43,570 bases of DNA from assembly GCA_001793015.1 (NCBI GenBank), contig MGHC01000037.1, positions 85,877 to 129,446 on the forward strand, in the 5' to 3' direction. The translations under genes and the position numbers were made by a program. This DNA comes from Candidatus Woesebacteria bacterium RIFCSPLOWO2_01_FULL_39_10 (GTDB lineage: Bacteria > Patescibacteriota > Microgenomatia > UBA8517). This document shows positions 7,793-16,438 of the stretch, piece after piece. Below the pieces are notes generated by a model. That model was not told where the DNA came from and made no database searches. It saw only the letters and a list, made by a program, of their open reading frames with translations. Position 1 is the stretch's first letter. Each line of letters opens with the position of its first letter.

Positions 7793-9361
7793 TTAAGGGC
7801 CAGGCCTTTTAATTTCCTTCACACCGCCTTTTAAGGCTATTTTTACCGCCTCGTGGTCGGACCAAAAATATTCTACTCCATTGTAGGCCATACTTTGCTC
7901 GTGACCTTTTCCACAGATTACAACTATGTCACCCTTTTTTGCTAACTTTTGGATGGCAAAAGAAATTGCTTCTCCTCTTTCAGGAATTCGAAAAAATATG
8001 TGACTTCTGTTACCATGATTCGAATCATGGTAACGCTTGACGCTAATTTCTTTTGCTTGTGACTTTTTAGCACCCTTTTCCATTTCATTAATTATCTTAT
8101 TGATATCTTCGCTTCTCGGATCTTCGGCTGTAAAAATTGAAATATCAGCAAGGCGGGTTGCAATTTCTCCCATCATTGGACGTTTTTCAACATCGCGCTC
8201 TCCAGCACATCCAAATATGACAATAAGTTTTCCAAGTTTTTCGGTTTCTAATTTATTTCTGAAAACACTTAAAACGCTCTCTAAAGAATTTGGAGTATGA
8301 GCAAAATCAACATAAACATCAAAATTTTTAGCCTCTTTTATTTTTTCCATACGCCCGATCGGCGCTTCAAAAGTTAATACGGCTTTTTTTGCTTTTTCAA
8401 TATCAACCCCATACTCTTTGCAACAAGTTAGGGCAGCTAAAATATTTGAGACGTTATAGTTACCCAAAAGTTGGGACTCAAAACTGTAAGCATTGACTTC
8501 ATACACCACTTCAAATAGTGTTTTAGAGTCGGCTTCATGAATATTCTGACCGTAAAGATCAACCTGTCTGGAATTTAACCCGTAAGTAGTAAGCTTGACA
8601 TTCTGAGGGATTTTTGAGGCTAAATATTCAAACGAGGTATCATCTTTATTTAACACTGCAAAAGTTTTGGCTAGGGTAAAAAGCTTTGCCTTAGCATCTT
8701 GGTAAGCCTCAAATGTCTTGTGATAATCAAGATGCTCGTGAGTAATATTTGTAAGTACAGCGCTATCGAATTCCACGCCTGTTACTCTTCCTTGATCCAG
8801 TCCATGCGAAGTAACTTCAACAACTGCCAGTTCGCACTTTTCTTTAACCATATCATTAAGAAGAGAATGTAAACTTACTGGGTCAGGGTTTGTTACATGT
8901 AATCCAGTATCAATTTCTTTTTTTCCTATTTTTGCGCTAACTGTACTGATAAGACCTACTTTCTTGCCGCTTCTTTTAAGTAAATGATATATAAGACTGA
9001 CGGTAGTCGTTTTTCCGTCAGTTCCGGTAACTCCAATTACTTTTAAATTCCGAGAAGGGTAACCAAAAAACGCTGAAGCCAAGAAACCGAGTGCATTTCT
9101 CGAATCTTCAACGCGAACATAAGTTATTTTTCTTGGAACTTTAAGAGACTCTCTACTTTTCTCACCAACAATTACTGAGATACCTTTTTCTATTACTTGT
9201 GGAATAAATTTATGTCCGTCAACAGTTAGTCCTTTTATAGCAACGAATAATCCATTTTTCTGAGCTTTCCTTGAGTCATCTGTTATTGAAGTAACTTCAG
9301 TATTTTTATTTCCGTAGATTTTGTACGAGGAAGTGCTTTCCAGAAGTAAACTTAGTTTCAT
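7793..9361 (-). CDS. murE: UDP-N-acetylmuramoyl-L-alanyl-D-glutamate--diamino-acid ligase
   Basis: P-loop GVTGTDGKTTT, VEVTSHGL, DFAHTP, and EDPR at 8114-8125. The track start at 9400 is GTG and overlaps murA. The ATG at 9361 (MKLSLLLES) is preferred. Confidence 0.9.
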   Translation of the reverse strand: MKLSLLLESTSSYKIYGNKNTEVTSITDDSRKAQKNGLFVAIKGLTVDGHKFIPQVIEKGISVIVGEKSRESLKVPRKITYVRVEDSRNALGFLASAFFGYPSRNLKVIGVTGTDGKTTTVSLIYHLLKRSGKKVGLISTVSAKIGKKEIDTGLHVTNPDPVSLHSLLNDMVKEKCELAVVEVTSHGLDQGRVTGVEFDSAVLTNITHEHLDYHKTFEAYQDAKAKLFTLAKTFAVLNKDDTSFEYLASKIPQNVKLTTYGLNSRQVDLYGQNIHEADSKTLFEVVYEVNAYSFESQLLGNYNVSNILAALTCCKEYGVDIEKAKKAVLTFEAPIGRMEKIKEAKNFDVYVDFAHTPNSLESVLSVFRNKLETEKLGKLIVIFGCAGERDVEKRPMMGEIATRLADISIFTAEDPRSEDINKIINEMEKGAKKSQAKEISVKRYHDSNHGNRSHIFFRIPERGEAISFAIQKLAKKGDIVVICGKGHEQSMAYNGVEYFWSDHEAVKIALKGGVKEIKRPGP

Positions 9362-9374
9362 AAAATTCAGATTT

Positions 9375-10664
9375 TTAGGAGACCTCTTCGATTTTTGCAC
9401 CTAATTTCCTTAAGTTTTCTGAAAAATTAGGATGACCTCGGTAAAGCGTATCGGCATTTAGGATTAATGATTCTCCTTCAGCAATCATGGCACACATTAC
9501 CATGGCAACAACCGCTCGAATAATGTATGGGGCCTCAATTGTTGCCCCTCTTAGTTTGCGGCCACCAAAAACGATAACTCTGTGCGGATCGGCCATTATT
9601 ATTTCTGCGCCTAACTTAGTCAATTCTCCTGTCCAATAAAGCCCAGTTTCATACATCCAATTATGAAACATCATATATCCAGAAGGCGCCGCAAGAGCAA
9701 GAGGAATAAACATAGGTATCAAATCTACCGGAAGAGCTGGCCAAGGTTGAGCTCTAACAATATTTGTCTTTTTTGCAAAATCCCCAGTCAATTTAATTTT
9801 TTGATCGTCTGTCAGGATTGCAGTATCACCATCATACTCAATTTTCAGATTGAATTTGGAAAATTCATAATTGATCATTGGAAAAAGTTCAGGTTGTGCG
9901 TTATGAACTCTAATTTCCCCCCCTGTTACAGCTCCTAGTGCCAAAAACGTAGTTATTTCGTAATGATCACTGAAAAGTTTATGGGAAGTGCTGCTAAATT
10001 TACCCACCCCCTCGATTTCTAGAATTGAAGAACCAATTCCTCGGATATTTACCCCAGCATAGGATAAAAAATTACATACATCTTGAACTTGCGGTTCAGA
10101 TGCGGCTCCAATTATTTTTGTTGTTCCCTTAAGTTTTGATGCTAGCATAACTACATTTGTCGTTACAGTCGGACTCATTTCCGTTAGCCAAATTTCTTTT
10201 GACTGTGCACTGCCAATATCCATAACAACTCCTTTTTCAGTTTCCTTAATATAAACACCTAGATTTCTGAAAGCCTGATATGCCGGTTCAAAAGGCCTAA
10301 GCCCGAGTGTACAACCTCCGGGCAAATCCCTGAAGTCAACTTTTCCAAATCTAGCTAAAAGCGCACCCCACAATAAAGATGTACCCTTCATATTACCCAA
10401 ATCCTCTTCTGTTAGTTGGTCAAATGTTATTTTTGAATTGTCAATTTTAAGAATATGTTCGTTTTGATTCCAATCAACTTTACTACCCAATTTCTCTAAA
10501 ATTGCAACTAAACGAGATACATCTGTAATATTAGGGATATTTTCAAAAGTAACTGGCTCGGTAAAAAGAAGAGAGGTAGGAATCAAATGGACAGCAGAGT
10601 TTTTACTCCCTGAAGGATAAATTTCTCCAGAAAGCGTCTGTTCCCCTTTAACTTTTATATTCAT
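9375..10664 (-). CDS. murA: UDP-N-acetylglucosamine 1-carboxyvinyltransferase
   Basis: 429 aa. N-terminal GEIYPSGSKNS block and active-site loop LPGGCTLGLRP with the Cys retained. EPSP-synthase-like two-domain length. Confidence 0.9.
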   Translation of the reverse strand: MNIKVKGEQTLSGEIYPSGSKNSAVHLIPTSLLFTEPVTFENIPNITDVSRLVAILEKLGSKVDWNQNEHILKIDNSKITFDQLTEEDLGNMKGTSLLWGALLARFGKVDFRDLPGGCTLGLRPFEPAYQAFRNLGVYIKETEKGVVMDIGSAQSKEIWLTEMSPTVTTNVVMLASKLKGTTKIIGAASEPQVQDVCNFLSYAGVNIRGIGSSILEIEGVGKFSSTSHKLFSDHYEITTFLALGAVTGGEIRVHNAQPELFPMINYEFSKFNLKIEYDGDTAILTDDQKIKLTGDFAKKTNIVRAQPWPALPVDLIPMFIPLALAAPSGYMMFHNWMYETGLYWTGELTKLGAEIIMADPHRVIVFGGRKLRGATIEAPYIIRAVVAMVMCAMIAEGESLILNADTLYRGHPNFSENLRKLGAKIEEVS

Positions 10665-10695
10665 TGCTTAGGCAACTAATTTTATCATGAAAGTG

Positions 10696-12408
10696 CTAAT
10701 TTTCGGGCTGGATTCCGTAATAAATAAAAAAGTCTTTTGCAATGTCGTACCATAAGGGTGCAGCGGTTTCTGATGCCCATGGAGAACTCGTAGGTTCTCT
10801 TAGGGTAACTAGCATAACAAAAGATGGATCATCATATGGCGCGAAACCAACAAAGCTTGCTAGTGTCTTTTCCTCGTCGTAATGTCCCTCAATCGGAATT
10901 TGGGCAGTTCCTGTTTTACCTGCAACTTTAAACCCTCTTGCGTAAGTCCATTTCGCTTCTCCACTTTTTGCTGCTTCAGCCATCATGGCGGTAATTTGTG
11001 CAGAAGCTTTTTCAGAAATCACCCTATCTCCGGTAACAGGCGAAATGTCCTCTTGCCACCCTTCTCCTGCAAATTTATCAACTACTTGGGGTAAAACTTT
11101 TATACCCATATTTGCAATTGTTGCTACACTTGTAATCATTTGAATTGGAGTAACGGCAACACCTTGACCGAAACTTGCCGTTGCCAGGTCAACCTGACTC
11201 CAGCTACCTTTCGAGCGTAATTGTGGATTAGCCTCTCCTTGCAAATCAATTCCAGTTGGAGCACCAAAACCAAAAGATTGCAAATAACCGTATAACTTAT
11301 CACTTCCAAGTTTATTGCCGACAAACACCATTCCCACGTTATCGGAATGAATTATTACATCCTTCATCGTGGAATCGGGATAATAAACTTGATTCCAGGT
11401 TTCAATAAAGTACTTATCAACTTTCGTTGGACCATTACACATATCGCATGTCGTATCTGGTTCAACCACCCCAGCATCCAATGCCGAAGCCATTACAATC
11501 ACCTTAAAAATAGATCCGGGCTCAAACGAAGACGATATGACAGGATTGTTGAATAATTCGTCACCAAATTTCCAATACGAATTCGGATCATACGTTGGGT
11601 ATGAGCTCATGCCTAAAACTGCCCCATTCTTGGGATTCATAACAATGGCAACACCTCCTGATGCACCGTATTTTTCTATTCCCAATTTAAGCTTCCTATC
11701 AAGAGTTAGTTGAACGTACTTATCAACATGTGTTACTAAATTAACTCCTTCAACTGCAGAAACCTCACGGGTTGCACCTATGAGAATCGGTGCTCCGGAC
11801 GCGTCCTTCTCTCTCATTTTGAAACCTTCTTTCCCTGATAAAACAACGTCGTAGAATCCTTCAATCCCAAAATATCCTTTATCGTTACCTTCTGAATCTT
11901 TACCAACAAACCCAAGAAGTTGAGCGGCGGCGGAGGCTTCGGGATAAATACGTTGCTCCTCCTTTTCAAAACCAATTCCTTTTATTTCTAACTCTTCGAT
12001 CTCTTGTTTGGTTTCACTATTAACCCTTCGTTTAAGAGGCACCCATACAACCCCGTCCCTTGATAAAAGACTATTAATTCTATCTATCTCAAGAAAAAGC
12101 AGCTCATGATCTTCTGGATCCTCAACAAAAAGTGGTGCAAGCTTCTCTGCAATTGTATTCGGGCGACCAACTAAGTCAGGTAGTGATGCATAAGTAAGCC
12201 AGCTCTCGCCACTTGCGGTGAACCACGTCCCATCAGAGGCTAAAATATCACCACGTGGAGCGTTAATAGTAAATTCCGATTGGTATTGGTTTTGAGCCTG
12301 AGCTGCTAGAACCTTTCCTTTGACAATTTGCCAATAAAAAAGTCTACCAATAAGTGCAAGATATGAAAGAATGAAAAAGAAAGTTACAAGTTTGACGCGG
12401 ACATTCAT
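10696..12408 (-). CDS. ftsI: class B penicillin-binding protein / peptidoglycan D,D-transpeptidase (FtsI/PBP2-like)
   Basis: 570 aa. N-terminal TM anchor and transpeptidase motifs SIFK (SxxK), SDN (SxN), KTGTA (KTG). Confidence 0.9.
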   Translation of the reverse strand: MNVRVKLVTFFFILSYLALIGRLFYWQIVKGKVLAAQAQNQYQSEFTINAPRGDILASDGTWFTASGESWLTYASLPDLVGRPNTIAEKLAPLFVEDPEDHELLFLEIDRINSLLSRDGVVWVPLKRRVNSETKQEIEELEIKGIGFEKEEQRIYPEASAAAQLLGFVGKDSEGNDKGYFGIEGFYDVVLSGKEGFKMREKDASGAPILIGATREVSAVEGVNLVTHVDKYVQLTLDRKLKLGIEKYGASGGVAIVMNPKNGAVLGMSSYPTYDPNSYWKFGDELFNNPVISSSFEPGSIFKVIVMASALDAGVVEPDTTCDMCNGPTKVDKYFIETWNQVYYPDSTMKDVIIHSDNVGMVFVGNKLGSDKLYGYLQSFGFGAPTGIDLQGEANPQLRSKGSWSQVDLATASFGQGVAVTPIQMITSVATIANMGIKVLPQVVDKFAGEGWQEDISPVTGDRVISEKASAQITAMMAEAAKSGEAKWTYARGFKVAGKTGTAQIPIEGHYDEEKTLASFVGFAPYDDPSFVMLVTLREPTSSPWASETAAPLWYDIAKDFFIYYGIQPEN

Positions 12409-12411
12409 GTA

Positions 12412-12729
12412 TCACGGTAGTTTAGCAAAAGTTACACCGGCCTTAAGGTATACCGTTTCGGTGTTTTTTACAAACCCAAGATCAAACGCCTTTTCTTCAA
12501 GTTTAGAAAGCGATGTCGCTTCCACAAGTTTACTCTCCAAATTTTTATTCGTATTCACAAGTTCAGTAACTTTACGCTCGAAGTTGGCAATTTTTGCTCC
12601 AGTTGCAGCCGTCTGTATTGTAAAAAAAACTTGAACTGCAATAAATAAACCAACAATCGCCCAGAGAAGTGTTTTCTTACTTAGTCTAAATCTTTTTTTT
12701 GTTTGAGTAACTTTGCGTGCGTATTTCAT
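12412..12729 (-). CDS. ftsL: FtsL-like small bitopic cell-division protein
   Basis: 105 aa. Basic N-terminus, one TM helix (LLWAIVGLFIAVQVFFTI), then a coiled-coil-like segment. Canonical position between rsmH and ftsI, with an ATGA overlap with rsmH. Assignment is by position and architecture only. Confidence 0.55.
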   Translation of the reverse strand: MKYARKVTQTKKRFRLSKKTLLWAIVGLFIAVQVFFTIQTAATGAKIANFERKVTELVNTNKNLESKLVEATSLSKLEEKAFDLGFVKNTETVYLKAGVTFAKLP

Positions 12730-13754
12730 TTTTTTTCCAAAACTCTCATTTTTGCACTTTTTGATCGAGGATTTCTTTCTGATTCATCACTGCTAGGAAT
12801 TATTGGTTTTTTAGTTAAGATTTCTGCTAATCCCTCGTTTTCCTTTTCTTTAAAAAATTTCTTAACAATTACATCTTCTCGCGAGTGAAAACTTATAACT
12901 ACCAATCGACCTTTCTTTCCTAATAGCCTAAATGATTGTGGCAATCCTTCCCTCAAGTTTTCAAGCTCACTATTAACTTTTACCCTTAATGCCAAGAATG
13001 GCAAGGTTGCCGGATTCAAACTTTTTTTAGAACCAGGTAAGCTTCCTAAAATACTAAGAAGATCACCTACGGAATTTATTTTTTTTGTTTTTCGCGCCTC
13101 AATTATTCTTTCTGAAAGAATTTTTGATTCGTAAAAAGGCATCACTTCTGAAAACATTTCCCTTAATTGGCCTTCGTTTAATGCGTTTAAAAGATCTGCT
13201 GCTCTCACTTCTTGACTTGTTTCGTCAGCTCTCATATCGAGTAAGGCTTCTGGGTCTTGGTATGAGAATCCTCTTTCTTTTTCAAGTTGAAAGCTTGAAA
13301 TACCAAGGTCAAATAAAATTCCATCCACATCTTGAAAGCTATAATCTTTTGCAATTTTTCCCATATCCTTGAAGTTGCCATGAACGAGAGTGTAGGACCC
13401 CCGTGAGATAGCAGCATTTTTATGCTTATCTAACGGGGGAGGGCAGGTCTCCGATCCTCCGAAGCTCTTTTTAGAGCGAAGGAGGGCTTCTTCCAATCTC
13501 GTCTTAGCGACCTCAAGTGAGCGAGGGTCTTGCTCTATTCCAAGAACTCGACCTCCTAATTTAACAATTGCTTCTGTATGACCACCCATTCCAAGAGTTG
13601 CGTCTATAAATCTGCCTCGCCTGCCAGAGCTGCGCTCAGGCGCTCCCTGCAGGGCTTCTTTTGAATGTGCAATTTCATCAACTTTAAGAGCTTCAAGAGT
13701 CTCCTTTAGTAGTACTGGCACATGATTCTCTCCAATACTATTTAAATTTTGCAT
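12726..13754 (-). CDS. rsmH: 16S rRNA (cytosine1402-N4)-methyltransferase
   Basis: HVPVLL, the DATLGMGGHT SAM loop, FDLGISSFQL, ISFHSREDVIVK. Contains two extra GC-rich in-frame segments (see findings). Confidence 0.9.
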   Translation of the reverse strand: MQNLNSIGENHVPVLLKETLEALKVDEIAHSKEALQGAPERSSGRRGRFIDATLGMGGHTEAIVKLGGRVLGIEQDPRSLEVAKTRLEEALLRSKKSFGGSETCPPPLDKHKNAAISRGSYTLVHGNFKDMGKIAKDYSFQDVDGILFDLGISSFQLEKERGFSYQDPEALLDMRADETSQEVRAADLLNALNEGQLREMFSEVMPFYESKILSERIIEARKTKKINSVGDLLSILGSLPGSKKSLNPATLPFLALRVKVNSELENLREGLPQSFRLLGKKGRLVVISFHSREDVIVKKFFKEKENEGLAEILTKKPIIPSSDESERNPRSKSAKMRVLEKK

Positions 13755-13764
13755 TCAGTCCTAT

Positions 13765-14196
13765 CTAATTCTTCTTTGCTAAAGACTCTATCGCAATTGA
13801 TGCTTTTTTTTCGGCAACTTTTTCCAGCTCTTGCCACTTTCCCTGGGACCATAGTTCAACTCTGTCTCCAAGGCCAAGAAAAGTAACTTCGTCAGTAATT
13901 TCTGCGTAACTAACTAAAATGTCAGGAAGTACAAATCTTCCCTGACGATCAAGAACTATTTCAAATGCCGAACCTAAAATGAATCTATCAATGTCTCTTA
14001 CGGGCGAAATAATAATTTTTGTTTCACCAATTAGCCTACCTATAAGCTTTTGCCAATTTGGCTTCGTTACCAAAATCAGACAATTTTCATACCATCTGGC
14101 AATTATTATTTCCGTTCCCAATTCTTCTCGGAACTTTTTAGGTACGGCGATTCTTTTTTTATCTGTTAATTTACTCGTATACTGCCCTATTAACAT
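13765..14196 (-). CDS. mraZ: transcriptional regulator MraZ
   Basis: 143 aa. Two MraZ/SpoVT-AbrB-like repeats (DKKRIAVPKKFREEL and DRQGRFVLPDIL). First gene of the dcw cluster. Confidence 0.9.
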   Translation of the reverse strand: MLIGQYTSKLTDKKRIAVPKKFREELGTEIIIARWYENCLILVTKPNWQKLIGRLIGETKIIISPVRDIDRFILGSAFEIVLDRQGRFVLPDILVSYAEITDEVTFLGLGDRVELWSQGKWQELEKVAEKKASIAIESLAKKN

Positions 14197-14220
14197 TTAT
14201 TTAATATTTTGGGCAGTAGG

Positions 14221-14320
14221 TAGTGGTAAATATTAGTTTGATACTTAATTCACCACTTTAAACCATTTTTATACATTTTCACGGGCTTGTCAACACTAAA
14301 TTAACCCGAACTCACCACTA
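14221..14320 (-). promoter_or_regulatory. candidate mraZ promoter with MraZ-box-like GTG repeats
   Basis: The minus strand shows TAGTGGTG (14313-14320), TAGTGTTG (14291-14298, overlapping a perfect TTGACA at 14288-14293) and AAGTGGTG (14251-14258). An inverted TAGTGGTA sits at 14221-14228. A/T-rich -10 candidates (TATAAA/TAAAAA/AAAAAT) at 14265-14273 lie 14-17 nt from the -35. Confidence 0.4.
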
Positions 14321-14384
14321 AGCAAAGAAATTATAACTGTATAAGAAGTATTTGAGAATAGAGTTACAAGGAGTAAAAAAAATA

Positions 14385-15137
14385 TTAAGAAATCGGGCTT
14401 TTTGTTCCTAAGAAGATCCCCGAGTCAAAATTACTCGGAAGCTCGTTTGTCCATTTATCGTTAAAAAACCCAAAAGTACTACCTTCTGTAACTTCAAAAG
14501 ATTCAACATTATCGACCAAATCAGACGCAAATACTCCGTATGGACCGACGAGGATATCATCGTGCGAGTTCGGGAAATCGTCAGGAACTCCAACGCTGTG
14601 CATTACAACATAGAAATCCTTAGTATCGTTACTCAATACCATTTTAAACTTGCCATCTGACGAGCTTAACTCCGATGTTTCACTAAATAATCTAAACTCA
14701 CTCTCAAACTTTGCCAGAAGCTTACCTTCAGAATTCCTGAATCTAAGTGTCATACTCCCTTCTTCTACTCCCTCATCGTATCTAAATTTCCCGGAAGATT
14801 CGCTTCCCAAGAGTAGTTCTGCTTCAAAACTATCAATTCCATCCAAATTCTGCATGCCTGGAACTCCCAATGTTGTGCCTTCAGTGTTTTTATACAAAAG
14901 TTCATAATCTACGCTTTCTGCGTTAATAACAATTTTCTCCACTTTTAAGTTAAGGTAATGCCCATCTTCAGAGGGTGTAAGAGATACTACCGGACGATCG
15001 GCTAGAACAACGTTTAGTAGTGCTGTTTCCTCGTCTTCGGGTTCTACCGCATCTTTTTTTCCCTTCACAACAAAAAAGACCACAACAACCACGACAACAC
15101 CAACTAGAAGTAAGATTAGCGGCAGAAATTTTTTCAT
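14385..15137 (-). CDS. hypothetical membrane-anchored, probably extracytoplasmic protein
   Basis: 250 aa. N-terminal anchor MKKFLPLILLLVGVVVVVVVFFVV followed by an acidic, Ser/Glu-rich soluble part. No family recognised. ATGA overlap with the glyQS stop. Confidence 0.6.
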   Translation of the reverse strand: MKKFLPLILLLVGVVVVVVVFFVVKGKKDAVEPEDEETALLNVVLADRPVVSLTPSEDGHYLNLKVEKIVINAESVDYELLYKNTEGTTLGVPGMQNLDGIDSFEAELLLGSESSGKFRYDEGVEEGSMTLRFRNSEGKLLAKFESEFRLFSETSELSSSDGKFKMVLSNDTKDFYVVMHSVGVPDDFPNSHDDILVGPYGVFASDLVDNVESFEVTEGSTFGFFNDKWTNELPSNFDSGIFLGTKSPIS

Positions 15138-16432
15138 AAGGATAACTTATTCTCTAAATACTTTTGAAGTTTGTCAACAACCACTCTCTCTTGCTTTGTG
15201 GTATCTCTGTCCCTAACTGTAACAGTTTCATCTTCAAGTGTCTGAAAATCGATAGTAATACAATAAGGCGTCCCAATCTCATCCTGTGCAAAATATCTTT
15301 TCCCAATATTACCCCTTGCATCCCATGCAATATAATAATTTTTAGATAAAGTTTGGTAAACTTCTTTTGCCTTTTTCGTTAAATCTTCTTTATTGGCAAG
15401 AAGCGGAAAAACAGCAGCTTTAAAGGGTGCAAGCCGAGGGTTTAATTTCAAATAAACCCGAGGTTCTGAGCTCTTCGAAGAATCCTCCGTATAAGCATCA
15501 ATCAGAAAAAATAGTGTTGCCCTATCAACACCACCTGAGGTTTCAATAACCCAGGGAGTATATTCTTCGTTAGTATCGGGATCGTTATGTGTAAGTTTAT
15601 GCCTTCCCAAATCCCAATCACCCCTGTGATGAATTCCTTCAAGTTCACTCCAACCGAAAGGCGCATTATATTGGACATCCGTTGCGTAACGCGCATAGTG
15701 AACAAGATTGTCTTTATCGTGGTCTTGAAATCGTAAATTCTCGGCCTTAATTCCGAGTCTTTTATACCAATTTAGTCTTTCTTCTTTCCAGTATTCAAAA
15801 GTCTTTTTAGATTCTGTCTCATCAGGTTTTACAAAAAACTCTAATTCCATTTGCTCAAATTCACGGCTTCTGAAAGTAAAATTTCCTGGAGTTATCTCAT
15901 TTCTGAATGCCTTCCCAACTTGTGCAATACCAAAAGGAACCTTTATTCTTGTCGAATCAACAACATTTTGAAAGTTAACAAAAACTCCCTGAGTAATTTC
16001 CCCTCGAAGATAGGCTTTTTGTTTAGGCTCCGTAATGCCCAAATAAACTTCGGTAAGTAAATTAAACATTTTAGGTTCTGTCCAAGATGATTTGTCCCCG
16101 TGTTCTTTTTCGTGAGTCTTAACCAACTCTTCATCGTCTGCTTTAATACGCTTGTGACATACTTTACATTCAACCAGTGGGTCGGAAAATCCCTCAGTGT
16201 GACCAGAGGCAACCCAAACTTCCGGGTTCATGATTATTGCGGCGTCTAATCCCACAACGTCATCCCGGTCGTAAACCATATCTTTCCACCATTGCCTTTT
16301 GATATTATTTTTCAATTCAACCCCTAATGGTCCGTAATCCCAAAATCCGGTTAATCCACCATAAATTTCACTACCCGGGTAAATGAATCCTCTGCGTTTA
16401 GCTAAAGACGTAATTTTTTCCATCAAATCCAT
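15134..16432 (-). CDS. glyQS: glycine--tRNA ligase (homodimeric class II type)
   Basis: 432 aa. N-terminus AKRRGFIYPGSEIYGGLTGFWDYGPLGVELKNNI is characteristic, with class II motifs further on (FRNEITPGNFTFRSREFEQMELEFF). Confidence 0.92.
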   Translation of the reverse strand: MDLMEKITSLAKRRGFIYPGSEIYGGLTGFWDYGPLGVELKNNIKRQWWKDMVYDRDDVVGLDAAIIMNPEVWVASGHTEGFSDPLVECKVCHKRIKADDEELVKTHEKEHGDKSSWTEPKMFNLLTEVYLGITEPKQKAYLRGEITQGVFVNFQNVVDSTRIKVPFGIAQVGKAFRNEITPGNFTFRSREFEQMELEFFVKPDETESKKTFEYWKEERLNWYKRLGIKAENLRFQDHDKDNLVHYARYATDVQYNAPFGWSELEGIHHRGDWDLGRHKLTHNDPDTNEEYTPWVIETSGGVDRATLFFLIDAYTEDSSKSSEPRVYLKLNPRLAPFKAAVFPLLANKEDLTKKAKEVYQTLSKNYYIAWDARGNIGKRYFAQDEIGTPYCITIDFQTLEDETVTVRDRDTTKQERVVVDKLQKYLENKLSL

Positions 16433-16438
16433 GTTTGA

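Noticed and set aside
15078-15098. A run of seven consecutive Val codons (GTN repeat), considered as a possible microsatellite or phase-variation tract.
   Set aside because: The codons are mixed (GTC/GTG/GTT), so the DNA is not a perfect repeat. It simply encodes the core of a signal-anchor helix.
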